This document shows positions 19,840 through 29,024 of a stretch of 64,000 nucleotides of DNA, piece by piece. The notes below the pieces were generated by a model. The model saw only the letters and a list, made by a program, of their open reading frames with translations. It did no database searches and was not told the origin of the DNA. Source of the DNA: Candidatus Zixiibacteriota bacterium (GTDB taxonomy: Bacteria; Zixibacteria; MSB-5A5; GN15; FEB-12); NCBI GenBank assembly GCA_036826635.1, contig DAISVY010000001.1:92425-156424 (forward strand). Reading direction: 5' to 3'. The translations under genes were made by a program, and so were the position numbers. The stretch's first letter is position 1; each line of letters starts with the position of its first letter.

Positions 19840-21410
19840 GCCGTTCTTCGCTTTCAGAGCGTCGTCAGCTTTTGTACTCCGCGTTATTCATGGTCATTAT
19901 AGTGTTATTGACTGGCAGTATGGGCATATACGTACTGGCCGACCGTGACATGCAGTGCGCCGTTCGTTTCGCCCGGGTGATAATGGAGATTGACCGTCTT
20001 TACCAGCGGGAGGTCGACTGGAGTCGTCTGTTTGATATTGCCATGGAGAGCATGTTCGCCAAGCTCGACCGTTATTCCGGCTATTACAAACCCGGCCAGT
20101 TCAGCCGTATTAATGAGGAATTGTCGGGTAAATATACCGGAATAGGCGTCAGTGTTATAAGGCACGAGGACGGTTTGCTGATCATGTCGGTGCGCGAAAA
20201 CGGACCGGCGGCCGAGGTCGGCCTGCTCTCCGGTGATATCATCATTACGGCCGACAACACCTCGCTGGGTGCTCTGGATGTCGAGACGGCTGTCGGGCTC
20301 CTCCGTGGTCCCGAGGGTTCGGAAATCGCTCTCGAGGTCTGGCGACCGGCCAGCGGAGACACCCTGCATTCAACCGTGACCCGCCGTATTATCGATCTGG
20401 AACACATCCCCTATGCCGGGTTTACTCCCGACAGTATCGTATATATTCGGTTGCTGGATTTCGACGCCGGGGCTTCGTTCGATCTTGAGATGGCCCTGGA
20501 TTCGCTTTTGCATAAGCAAGATGTTTATCCCCGGGGAATTATTCTGGATCTGCGAGGCAATCCCGGGGGGCTTTTTCACGAGGCCTATCAGAGCGCTAAT
20601 CTGTTTCTTGACGAGGGTCGGTTTATCGTGGGAACGAAGGGGCGTTCTCGCTGGAGCGAGGAAAAACACTATTCTTCCGGCGAAGACATCACCGGCGGTT
20701 TGCCGCTGGCCGTGATCGTGGATGGGGGCTCGGCTTCTTCGGCTGAAATCATGGCCGGGGCGCTCAAGCAGCTTGGTCGGGCTGTCCTGGTGGGTGATAC
20801 CACTTTCGGCAAAGGTCTTGTTCAGGGGTTCACTCGCTTTTTCGATGGCAGCGCCCTGCGCCTGACTGTCTCGCGTTATTATCTCGAAGGTAATGTTTTT
20901 CTAAACGAGTTCGATTCCACTCTCAACGATGTAGGTCATGGCCTTGCGCCCGACTACGTGGTAAGCTTCGTAGAGCACGAGTACTTTCCCCAGCAACTGG
21001 AACACTCGCTGTTGATGCACCGGTTCGCCAACCAGAATCAGGAAGCCATAATCGAAGCCTCCGATCATTTTTCCCTCGACGATGTCTGGGTACGACGTTT
21101 TGCCGATTTTGCGCGAGCCGAGGGCTTTGAGTATCAGTCGCCGGTGACGCGCTCGGCCGAGTTTGTTGCCGAGGTTGCCCGAATCGAGCCTTCCGGTCCA
21201 CGTTTCCGGGCGGCTGTCGGGCGACTGCTGCGGAAGAGCCGGCGAGAGGATAGCCATCAGTTCGAGCATTACGCCGGATATATCAAGATGCGGCTCAAGG
21301 AGCTTGCCCTGGAGCGCAAATGCGGCACCTATGCGGCGTACAACCGGGCTATCGTGCCCCAGCGACCGGACATTTTGTTTACCGCCCGATTGCTGAGGGA
21401 CGGGACCTGA
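19836..21410 (+). CDS. S41-family C-terminal processing peptidase with PDZ domain
   Basis: 524 aa with an N-terminal TM. The PDZ-like segment is GIGVSVIRHEDGLLIMSVRENGPAAEVGLLSGDIIITADN. The catalytic Ser/Lys context is VDGGSASSAEIMAGALK…TFGKGLVQ. Confidence 0.85.
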   Translation: MSRSSLSERRQLLYSALFMVIIVLLTGSMGIYVLADRDMQCAVRFARVIMEIDRLYQREVDWSRLFDIAMESMFAKLDRYSGYYKPGQFSRINEELSGKYTGIGVSVIRHEDGLLIMSVRENGPAAEVGLLSGDIIITADNTSLGALDVETAVGLLRGPEGSEIALEVWRPASGDTLHSTVTRRIIDLEHIPYAGFTPDSIVYIRLLDFDAGASFDLEMALDSLLHKQDVYPRGIILDLRGNPGGLFHEAYQSANLFLDEGRFIVGTKGRSRWSEEKHYSSGEDITGGLPLAVIVDGGSASSAEIMAGALKQLGRAVLVGDTTFGKGLVQGFTRFFDGSALRLTVSRYYLEGNVFLNEFDSTLNDVGHGLAPDYVVSFVEHEYFPQQLEHSLLMHRFANQNQEAIIEASDHFSLDDVWVRRFADFARAEGFEYQSPVTRSAEFVAEVARIEPSGPRFRAAVGRLLRKSRREDSHQFEHYAGYIKMRLKELALERKCGTYAAYNRAIVPQRPDILFTARLLRDGT

Positions 21411-22180
21411 TGTTTGACTGTCTGTTGTACTTCGGTTGCGGTCTGTGTGCCGGAATCCTCGGCGGTTATCTCGGTTTGGGCGGGGGAATCGTTATGGTGC
21501 CCTATCTTACTCTTCTGGCCGGTATGGATATTAAGGCCGCCGTACCTGTTTCCATCGCCGCCATTGCGGCCAATTCGCTTTCCTCGTCGATTGAATATCT
21601 CAGGAAGGGGATGGTCGATTTTGAATTGGTCATTCTGTTGTCGTTGTTCATGACTCTGGGCAATATCGTCGGCAGTTCGCTTGTCTCGGTGGTTCCCACC
21701 GGCTTGATCAGGATCGTATTTACGGTTGTGCTGCTCTACACCGCGATTGTATTTCTCAAGGGGCGAAAAACTGCTGAGCCGTCGGCCGGGAGTGATGATC
21801 GCCGACGAAATATGGTTTTGATAATGCCGTTGGTCCTCGCTGCCGGGGCGCTGGCCGGTCTGATCGGGATCGGCGGCGGTGTGGTGCTGGTGCCTTTGCT
21901 TTACCTTGTAATCGGTTTGCCGTTGACCACGGCTCGGGGGACGTCATCGTTTCTTGTCGGTTTCTCGGCGGCGGCTTCGACGGTGGTTTTTTATTTGTTG
22001 CAGGAGATCGATTTCGCGGTTGTCGGACCGGTTGTGCCGGGCATACTGCTGGGGGGCAAACTGGGGGGCAGGCTCGGTACTTTGGCCAAGCCCTTCACTG
22101 TCCGCATTGTCTTTTTCTTTGTTATGATATACCTGGCCGTGCGGCTGGCCTGGGGACCGTTGAGTGAGGTGCTGCCGTGA
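21410..22180 (+). CDS. TauE/SafE-family anion exporter-like membrane protein
   Basis: The ORF is 21320..22180. I prefer the ATG at 21410, which overlaps the upstream TGA. Two homologous halves each carry GLGGGIVMVP / GIGGGVVLVP, typical of TauE/SafE (DUF81). Confidence 0.75.
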   Translation: MFDCLLYFGCGLCAGILGGYLGLGGGIVMVPYLTLLAGMDIKAAVPVSIAAIAANSLSSSIEYLRKGMVDFELVILLSLFMTLGNIVGSSLVSVVPTGLIRIVFTVVLLYTAIVFLKGRKTAEPSAGSDDRRRNMVLIMPLVLAAGALAGLIGIGGGVVLVPLLYLVIGLPLTTARGTSSFLVGFSAAASTVVFYLLQEIDFAVVGPVVPGILLGGKLGGRLGTLAKPFTVRIVFFFVMIYLAVRLAWGPLSEVLP

Positions 22181-22470
22181 GTATCGGGACAAAAATCGAA
22201 GCAACGGGTCTTAATCGCCTGCAAAAAGTGCTCTGGTATTTGTTGCTGGTCTGGTTTGCTTTCGTGTTTGTTGCCTGTCTCGTATTGCCTTCGATAGCCG
22301 CAGATCTGGCCCGCTGGGGGGTAATCATGATTGTTCTCATTACCGCCCTGCGTATAGTGGCACTGGGGGAAATCTTCCGCCGAAAGAAACTCTATCGTTT
22401 CTGGCTGTTGGCTTGTACTTTGGTGCTGGTGCTGATATCAACCGTTTTGCTGAAGTATTTTACGCAATGA
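22177..22470 (+). CDS. Small hypothetical membrane protein (3 TM)
   Basis: 97 aa, hydrophobic. It has 4-nt overlaps with both neighbours, which suggests translation. Confidence 0.4.
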   Translation: MSIGTKIEATGLNRLQKVLWYLLLVWFAFVFVACLVLPSIAADLARWGVIMIVLITALRIVALGEIFRRKKLYRFWLLACTLVLVLISTVLLKYFTQ

Positions 22471-23135
22471 ATCGTGACTCTCTGGCCATATTCTGTGATT
22501 TCGATGGGACTGTTGCCCGGCGCGATGTCGGTTATAGTCTCTTTCATCACTTTTCGGGGGGACGCAACGACGCTTTGTTGCCGGACTGGAAGGCCGGACG
22601 GCTGTCCAGTCGTGATTGTTTGCTCCGGGAGGCTGCGATGGTCCACGCATCGGCCGAGGAAATCCTGCGGTTTTGCGACGGTTTCGATATCGACGAGTCC
22701 TTTGTGCCGTTCGTGCGAAACTGTCGAGCCTCCGGTGTGCCGGTGATGATTATCTCCGAGGGGCTGGATTTTTACATAAAACGTATTTTGGCCCGGTACG
22801 ATCTTGCCGATATCCCTGTTATATGCAACCTCGGTTTTCTGGAGAACGAAACGATCAGGATCGAATTCCCGCACGTTAATCGAACCTGTCGACATTGCGG
22901 CAGTTGCAAAGGGGAGCGGATGAGTGAACATCGTGAAAAAGCTATCGGGGCTTTGCGGATAGCCTTTGTCGGGGACGGCTATTCCGATGCCTGCGCCGCC
23001 CGGGAAGCCGATGTGCTCTTTGCCAAGGATGACCTTGAAGAGTATTGCATTGAACACAAAATAGCATATAATAGATTTAAGACATTTTACGATGTGACCG
23101 AGCAGTTGACTCAGCAGCGCTACCTTGTCGCCTGA
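22467..23135 (+). CDS. HAD-IB family phosphatase (MtnX/PSP-like)
   Basis: The ORF is 22413..23135. I prefer the ATG at 22467 (MNRDSLAIFCDFDGTV, the DxDxT nucleophile motif). Late motif VGDGYSD, and a Cys cluster CRHCGSCKG as in MtnX-like members. Confidence 0.7.
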   Translation: MNRDSLAIFCDFDGTVARRDVGYSLFHHFSGGRNDALLPDWKAGRLSSRDCLLREAAMVHASAEEILRFCDGFDIDESFVPFVRNCRASGVPVMIISEGLDFYIKRILARYDLADIPVICNLGFLENETIRIEFPHVNRTCRHCGSCKGERMSEHREKAIGALRIAFVGDGYSDACAAREADVLFAKDDLEEYCIEHKIAYNRFKTFYDVTEQLTQQRYLVA

Positions 23136-23162
23136 GATGAACCCGAATAGAGGAAAGATGTT

Positions 23163-25664
23163 GTGAAAGCGATTGTCATGGCCGGAGGTTTTGGTACCCG
23201 GCTTCGTCCTCTTTCAATAAACCTGGCCAAGCCGATGGTGCCGGTCGGCAATCTGCCTATGATGGAACATGTCGTGTCGTTGCTGGAAAAGCACGGCCTG
23301 ACGGATATTACTTCACTACTTTATTTCCAGCCCGAACATATCAGGAAACATTTTGGAGATGGCCGCGCTTTTGGGGTGAGTATGGATTACCGCCTGCCCG
23401 AGGATGACCTGGGTACGGCCGGGGCGGTGCGCTATGCGGCCGGTGATGACGACGAACCGGTTCTGGTTATATCCGGTGATGTTATCACCGATTTCAATTT
23501 GACCGAAGCTCTCGACTGGCACCGTTCCCGGAAAGCCGATGCTACTATTCTCCTGACCCATATCGATAATCCCCTGGCTTACGGTATCGTTATCACCGAC
23601 GATGACGGCCGGATCGTGCGTTTTCTGGAAAAACCCACCTGGGGAGAGGCTTTCTCGGATACGATCAACACCGGCATATATATCCTCGAACCGAGCGCCC
23701 TGCGACTGATTCCCAAGGGTGAAAACTACGACTTTTCTCAAAATCTCTATCCCCTGATGCTGGACAAGGGCATGAAGCTCTACGGCAAGGTGATGGATGG
23801 TTACTGGAAGGATGTCGGGAACGTCGACGAATACCACCGGGTCCATCGTCATCTTTTCAGCGGTCAGTTGAAGCTTGATCTCAAGACCGAGCAGGTTGTT
23901 ATCGGTGAGGCCAATGTGCACCGGGGAAGGAACATCCAGATCGGGGAAGACGTCCGTCTTAGCGGCACGGTTATTCTGGGCAACGACGTGAGCATAGAGG
24001 CGGGCAGTCGCCTGCACAACTGCGTCATCGGCGAACGCAGCCGTATCGGGGCCGATTGTGACATTAAAGATTCCGTTATCTGGTCGGATACCCATATCGG
24101 CAGTGGCGGGCGTTTCAGCAGCGCCATAGTTTGTGCCAAGTGCCGGATTGGCAGTGAAGTGCAACTGCTGGACAAAGTTATTGTATCCGATGACTGCTCT
24201 ATCGGTGATCGGGCCACGATCAAAGCCAACTGCAAAATCTGGCCCAGCAAATCCGTGGACGAAGGCGCTATCGTGTCCAGTTCACTGGTTTGGGGCGAGA
24301 AGTGGAATCGCGAATTGTGTACCGATTCCAAGGTCTCGGGACTGGCCCTGACCGAAGTGACGCCTGAGATGGCTACCCGTCTGGGGGCCGCGTTCGGTGC
24401 CTCGCTGGGGTTGGGGACCAGAGTTGTCACGAGCCGTGATGAGTCGGATATCTCCCGTTTGCTCCGACGCAGCCTTATTTCCGGTCTTCTGGCGGCCGGG
24501 GTACACGTTTCCGACCTCGAAACCATGCCGGTTCCGGTGGTACGCTATGCCCTGGCCAACGGGGAATATGATGCCGGTATCTATGTCAGGCACGATCCCG
24601 ACGATTACCGGCGGCTGGACTTCATCTTTTTCCACGGTTCCGGTATGGACATGCCGACCGCCAAACTCAAGAAACTCGAACGCAACTATTTCGGTGAGGA
24701 TTTCCAGCGGGCCTCACTGGACAACATCGGCCGGCTCGATTATCCCCAGCGTGTTCTGGAAGATTACCAGACCGATTTTATGGCTGAAGTTGACGTGGGT
24801 TTGATTACCGAGGCCGGTTTTAAGGTCGTGATCGATTATTCCAACGGTTCCGCTTCGCACGTTTTCCCCACTTTGTCGACCCAGTTGGGGATATCGGCCA
24901 CCGAACTGAACGCCAATCCCAACCCCCGCAAGTGTTCGGTATCGCCCGAGGAAAACGCTCAGGCTATCGTTCAGCTCTCGGCGATTGTCCGTTCGCTCAA
25001 TGCCGACATCGGTTACCGTATTAACCCCGCTACGGAAAAATTGACCATTGTCGACGAACATGGTCTTCCCCTGGACAGTCAGACCCTCTTGCTGGCGGTG
25101 ACCGACATGTTTCTGCGCACTCACAGCGCTAAGACTATTGCCGTGCCGATTGGGGCGTCGATGGGGGTCGAGGAGATAGCCAACGAACACGGCGTGCAGG
25201 TTATCCGGGTGGCTAACGACCATCGGGCCATGATGGGTATCCGGGCTTCCGGTCAGGCCGAATTTGTCGGAGGGACGCGGGGCGGTTTTATTTTCCCGGG
25301 TTTTCAGGCCTGTGTCGACGCCACCCTGGTGGTTGTGCGTATCCTTGAGATGCTTGCTCGCACGCGCCAAAAGCTGGGGCAGCTTCGCAAGAAGTACGAG
25401 CGTTATTCCCGCGAGTCCATATCGGTGCCGTGTCCCTGGTCCAAAAAGGGTCTGGTTATGCGCCGCCTGATTACCGAATCCCGGGACAAACAGCGTCAAC
25501 TGGTCGACGGAGTGCGCATTATCGAGGACAACGGCTGGGTTCTGGTTGCTCCGGATCGACTCAAGGCCTCGTTCAATATCATGGCCGAATCGACCTCGAA
25601 GGATCGTACCAACGATCTGATAACCCGTTACCGGAATATCGTGCAGGAGTGTCAGGATAACTGA
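23163..25664 (+). CDS. Fusion protein: sugar-1-P nucleotidyltransferase + left-handed beta-helix + phosphohexomutase-fold domain with degenerate catalytic motifs
   Basis: 833 aa with a GTG start. N-terminus MAGGFGTRLRPLSINLAKPMVP, hexapeptide repeats at aa ~250-375, and a PMM/PGM-like four-domain layout at aa ~385-833. See the finding on its lost motifs. Confidence 0.8.
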   Translation: MKAIVMAGGFGTRLRPLSINLAKPMVPVGNLPMMEHVVSLLEKHGLTDITSLLYFQPEHIRKHFGDGRAFGVSMDYRLPEDDLGTAGAVRYAAGDDDEPVLVISGDVITDFNLTEALDWHRSRKADATILLTHIDNPLAYGIVITDDDGRIVRFLEKPTWGEAFSDTINTGIYILEPSALRLIPKGENYDFSQNLYPLMLDKGMKLYGKVMDGYWKDVGNVDEYHRVHRHLFSGQLKLDLKTEQVVIGEANVHRGRNIQIGEDVRLSGTVILGNDVSIEAGSRLHNCVIGERSRIGADCDIKDSVIWSDTHIGSGGRFSSAIVCAKCRIGSEVQLLDKVIVSDDCSIGDRATIKANCKIWPSKSVDEGAIVSSSLVWGEKWNRELCTDSKVSGLALTEVTPEMATRLGAAFGASLGLGTRVVTSRDESDISRLLRRSLISGLLAAGVHVSDLETMPVPVVRYALANGEYDAGIYVRHDPDDYRRLDFIFFHGSGMDMPTAKLKKLERNYFGEDFQRASLDNIGRLDYPQRVLEDYQTDFMAEVDVGLITEAGFKVVIDYSNGSASHVFPTLSTQLGISATELNANPNPRKCSVSPEENAQAIVQLSAIVRSLNADIGYRINPATEKLTIVDEHGLPLDSQTLLLAVTDMFLRTHSAKTIAVPIGASMGVEEIANEHGVQVIRVANDHRAMMGIRASGQAEFVGGTRGGFIFPGFQACVDATLVVVRILEMLARTRQKLGQLRKKYERYSRESISVPCPWSKKGLVMRRLITESRDKQRQLVDGVRIIEDNGWVLVAPDRLKASFNIMAESTSKDRTNDLITRYRNIVQECQDN

Positions 25665-25680
25665 TCGCCTGTTACAGGAT

Positions 25681-25716
25681 AAAAAAAAACCGCCGATCCC
25701 GGGGAGGAATCGGCGG
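25681..25716 (-). terminator. Hairpin with 9-nt A-run on the plus strand, i.e. an intrinsic terminator as read on the minus strand
   Basis: CCGCCGAT (25690-25697), an 11-nt loop, then ATCGGCGG (25709-25716). A9 at 25681-25689 becomes a U9 tail on the minus strand. There are no T's after it on the plus strand. Confidence 0.45.
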
Positions 25717-25979
25717 CCCTGCATCGGATAAATAGGTTGGGATGTAGCCGTACAGTCAGTTGATTTTCCAGAGTCTGTTAGCTCATCTGGCCTTATTACG
25801 TTTCGGAAGGCCCGGGAGTTCCGTTTTTTTTGCCCGGCCTTATTTATATTGACCGGAGCCTTGCGCGGAGCTCCTGATACAGGTCTTGCCTCGACGGGTG
25901 ATTCTGCTGTTATTGCAGGTTCTATGATCGGGACAGTCTTCCGGCTGTACCCGGTCCGACCGTAGAAAGGTTTGCAGGT

Positions 25980-27383
25980 ATGGATTACAGGATAAGAACC
26001 AGGATTTCCAGAATTCTTCTCGACGACGCCGTTCCGACCGGCAGCGAAATTACCGTTCTCGGATGGGTCAGAACAATCCGGCGAAGCAAAGACGTGACCT
26101 TCGTGGAGGTCAACGATGGTTCCTGCATGGGCAATATACAGGGGGTTGTTGCGGAAGCGGGACCGGACAAGTTTCCGACTTTAGACAAGGTACTTACCGG
26201 TGCCTCGGTGCGGATGAAGGGTAAGCTGGTTGAATCGCCGGCCAAAGGACAGAAGTACGAACTGGCGGTGGATGGTCTGGAGCTGGTGGGGCAATCCGAT
26301 GCCAATTATGCCCTTCAGAAGAAACGGCACTCGTTCGAGTTTCTTCGCGAGATAGCCCACCTGCGGCCGCGGACCAATACTTTCGGGGCGGTCAACCGCA
26401 TCCGGTCCAAGCTGGCCTTCGGTATTCACCGGTACTATCAGGAACGCGGTTTTTGCTATATCCACACGCCCATCATCTCGGCCTCGGATGCCGAAGGCGC
26501 GGGCGATTTGTTCCGCGTTTCGACTTTCGATTTCAAAAATGTCCCGCTTAAGGACGGCCGGGTTGACTGGGACCGCGATTTCTTTGCAGCCGAATCTTAC
26601 CTGACCGTTTCCGGTCAGCTTGAGGCCGAGGCTGTAGCGCTTGCGCTCGGTGACGTATATACTTTCGGGCCGACTTTCCGTGCCGAGAATTCTAACACCA
26701 GCCGTCACGCCGCCGAGTTCTGGATGATCGAGCCGGAAATGGCCTGGGCGGAACTGGAAGACAACATGGATCTGGCCGAGGATTTCCTTAAGTGGCTTTT
26801 CCGGTACGCTTTGGAAGACTGCGCCGACGAAATGGCTTTCTTCGGTCAGTGGATCGACAAGGAAGTGCGCCAGACGCTGGAGTCTGTCATCAACGCCAGG
26901 TTCGAGCGAATTCCCTATACCGAGGCGGTCGATATACTCGGTAAATCCGGGGAAAAATTCGAATATCCCATTACCTGGGGCAGTGATCTGCAGTCGGAAC
27001 ACGAGCGGTATCTGACCGAAAAAATTTTCAAAAAACCGGTCATCGTGTATGACTACCCCGAGGAGATCAAGTCTTTTTACATGTACGTCAACGACGACGG
27101 CAAAACCGTGCGGGCGATGGATGTTTTGGTGCCTAAAGTGGGGGAGATTATCGGCGGTTCTCAACGTGAGCACCGCTACGATGTCCTGGTTGACCGGATG
27201 AAAAAGAAGGGTATCGACGACTTGGAAAACTACTCCTGGTATCTTGATATTCGCAAGTACGGCACAGTGCCGCACTCCGGGTTCGGTTTGGGGTTCGAAC
27301 GGGCGATCATGTACATCACGGGAATGACGAATATCCGCGACGTCCTCTCGTTTCCGCGTGTTCCTCGCTGGGCCAGGTTCTGA
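25980..27383 (+). CDS. asnS: Asparagine--tRNA ligase
   Basis: 467 aa with an N-terminal OB fold ([25 protein letters not shown]). Class II motifs are [31 protein letters not shown] and [12 protein letters not shown]. Confidence 0.93.
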   Translation: MDYRIRTRISRILLDDAVPTGSEITVLGWVRTIRRSKDVTFVEVNDGSCMGNIQGVVAEAGPDKFPTLDKVLTGASVRMKGKLVESPAKGQKYELAVDGLELVGQSDANYALQKKRHSFEFLREIAHLRPRTNTFGAVNRIRSKLAFGIHRYYQERGFCYIHTPIISASDAEGAGDLFRVSTFDFKNVPLKDGRVDWDRDFFAAESYLTVSGQLEAEAVALALGDVYTFGPTFRAENSNTSRHAAEFWMIEPEMAWAELEDNMDLAEDFLKWLFRYALEDCADEMAFFGQWIDKEVRQTLESVINARFERIPYTEAVDILGKSGEKFEYPITWGSDLQSEHERYLTEKIFKKPVIVYDYPEEIKSFYMYVNDDGKTVRAMDVLVPKVGEIIGGSQREHRYDVLVDRMKKKGIDDLENYSWYLDIRKYGTVPHSGFGLGFERAIMYITGMTNIRDVLSFPRVPRWARF

Positions 27384-27412
27384 TTGCTCGATAAAGTCGT
27401 AGCGGGTAAGAA

Positions 27413-28255
27413 TCAGGACGGTCGCAGCAGGTGCCGCCCTATGGCCACCAGCAGGTAAGTCAAACCGGCCAGCACTATTATTGTCGCCCCGGCCGGGAGA
27501 TCGGGGCCGAAACTTATCATCAAACCGCCGGTGGTAAACCCGATACTCAAAAAAGCCGCCAGAATCATCGTTTGCCACAGTCTCCGCGTAAAATGACCGG
27601 CCACCGCTACCGGCAGAGTAACCAGTGCGATTACCATGACAATACCGACCACGCTTACCAGAATGACCACGGTAAGACCGGTCAGGCACAGCAGCAAAAT
27701 ATAGAAAAATTCCACGCGGACGCCGCGGATACGGGCGAATTCTTCATCGAAACAAACCGCCTGAAGCTGGTTGTAAAACAGCACGCTGGTCAATACCACC
27801 AGGGTATCGAGCAAACCGATCAACAGCAAATCGCTTTGTCCGACCATCAGGATATTCCCGAACAGGTAGCTCATCAGGTCTTCGTTGTAACCCGGTGTGC
27901 GTGCGATGAAGAGAATCCCGACCGCCATGCCGATGGCCCAGATGGCGCCGATGACCGTGTCTTCACGTTCACGAGCACGGAGGCTGACCCAGCCGATAAT
28001 GACGGCCGCGGCCAGAGCGGCCGCAACGGCACCGTAGAGCGGATGAATGAAATCCCAGCCGTATACCACCGCCAGATAACGAGCCAGGCCCATTCCGCCG
28101 AGCACCGAGTGGGCGATACTGCTGGCTATATATGTAATGCGGCGCGTGACTACGTAGGTCCCCACCACCCCGCAGGCAACACTGGCCAGCACTCCGGCCA
28201 GCAATGCGTTCATCAGGAAGGCGTGATGGGTAACCGCGCTGAAGAACTCGCTCAT
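27413..28255 (-). CDS. znuB: Metal (Zn/Mn-type) ABC transporter permease, ABC-3 family
   Basis: 280 aa polytopic protein with the typical ABC-3 layout. It overlaps the upstream ATPase gene by 4 nt. Confidence 0.82.
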   Translation of the reverse strand: MSEFFSAVTHHAFLMNALLAGVLASVACGVVGTYVVTRRITYIASSIAHSVLGGMGLARYLAVVYGWDFIHPLYGAVAAALAAAVIIGWVSLRAREREDTVIGAIWAIGMAVGILFIARTPGYNEDLMSYLFGNILMVGQSDLLLIGLLDTLVVLTSVLFYNQLQAVCFDEEFARIRGVRVEFFYILLLCLTGLTVVILVSVVGIVMVIALVTLPVAVAGHFTRRLWQTMILAAFLSIGFTTGGLMISFGPDLPAGATIIVLAGLTYLLVAIGRHLLRPS

Positions 28256-29007
28256 TTTTTCTTCCCCGGGTGATCGTGAAGGTCATGCCGGACCAGCCGC
28301 ATCGGCATACCGTAGATCTCCTGCATCGAAGAGCGCTCCATGTCGCTGGTGGGATGTATGGCAACCGTGTGATTGACACATACGACCTGATGAACGAATT
28401 CCGACACGAAAGCCGGATCGTGAGAAACCATGATGATCGTCAGTCGCTGGCTGAGCCGCCGCAGCAAATCGTAAAGCTCTTTTTCGATTTGTTGATCGAG
28501 ATTGGCCGTGGGTTCGTCCAGCATCAGAAGTTCGGGATTGCCGGCCAGAGCTCGGGCGATCAACAGGCGTCGTTGTTGTCCTCCGGATAGTTCTCCCAGC
28601 GTTCGTCCGGCCTGGTCTCCCAGGCCCACTCCTTCCAGCGCCGCCAGCGCCGCGCGACGATTCTCCGACGAGTAGGGACCGGGCTTGATGCCGCTCGGCA
28701 GACTACCCATGAGAACAACATCCATAGCCGTTACGGGAAATCGTTGATCGAGCTGGGCGTGCTGGGGCATATAACCGATTTTGCGCCGTCCTTTGACCGG
28801 CGAACCTCCGAAAATCTCCACCGTGCCCTGTTGGGGTTTAAGTAAACCGAGGATGATTTTCATCAGCGTGGTTTTGCCCCCGCCGTTCGGCCCCACTATC
28901 CATAAAAAATCCCGGTTCCGAACGCTGAGGTTAACGTTTTCGAGAATGCGCTTACCGTCGTAGGAAAACGACACATTCTCCAGCTTTACTACCTCGCTGT
29001 TAGCCAT
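28252..29007 (-). CDS. znuC: Metal ABC transporter ATP-binding protein
   Basis: 251 aa. Walker A GPNGGGKTT, signature LSGGQQRR, Walker B LLMLDEP. Confidence 0.9.
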   Translation of the reverse strand: MANSEVVKLENVSFSYDGKRILENVNLSVRNRDFLWIVGPNGGGKTTLMKIILGLLKPQQGTVEIFGGSPVKGRRKIGYMPQHAQLDQRFPVTAMDVVLMGSLPSGIKPGPYSSENRRAALAALEGVGLGDQAGRTLGELSGGQQRRLLIARALAGNPELLMLDEPTANLDQQIEKELYDLLRRLSQRLTIIMVSHDPAFVSEFVHQVVCVNHTVAIHPTSDMERSSMQEIYGMPMRLVRHDLHDHPGKKK

Positions 29008-29024
29008 TGGGTAATTCCCCTTGC

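Noticed and set aside
24714-25724. Other long antisense ORFs: 24714..25724(-), 1342..2286(+), 27431..28273(+), 33264..33893(-), 35354..36382(-), 40415..41428(-), 43050..43847(+), 59397..60272(-), 60336..61052(-).
   Set aside because: Each lies opposite a gene with strong family signatures. Each has an arginine/glycine/proline-rich composition without recognisable motifs.
25717-25979. A tRNA, T-box or other known leader upstream of asnS.
   Set aside because: There is no cloverleaf-compatible sequence (no GTTCRANYC T-loop). The T-box consensus (AGGGUGGNACCGCG-like) is also absent. Only generic hairpins are present.
26181-27689. A 502-aa minus-strand ORF opposite asnS that extends into the znuB region.
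   Set aside because: It is antisense to asnS, whose class II motifs are unambiguous. Its sequence is low-complexity (R/P/G/H-rich). It would also overlap two well-supported genes.
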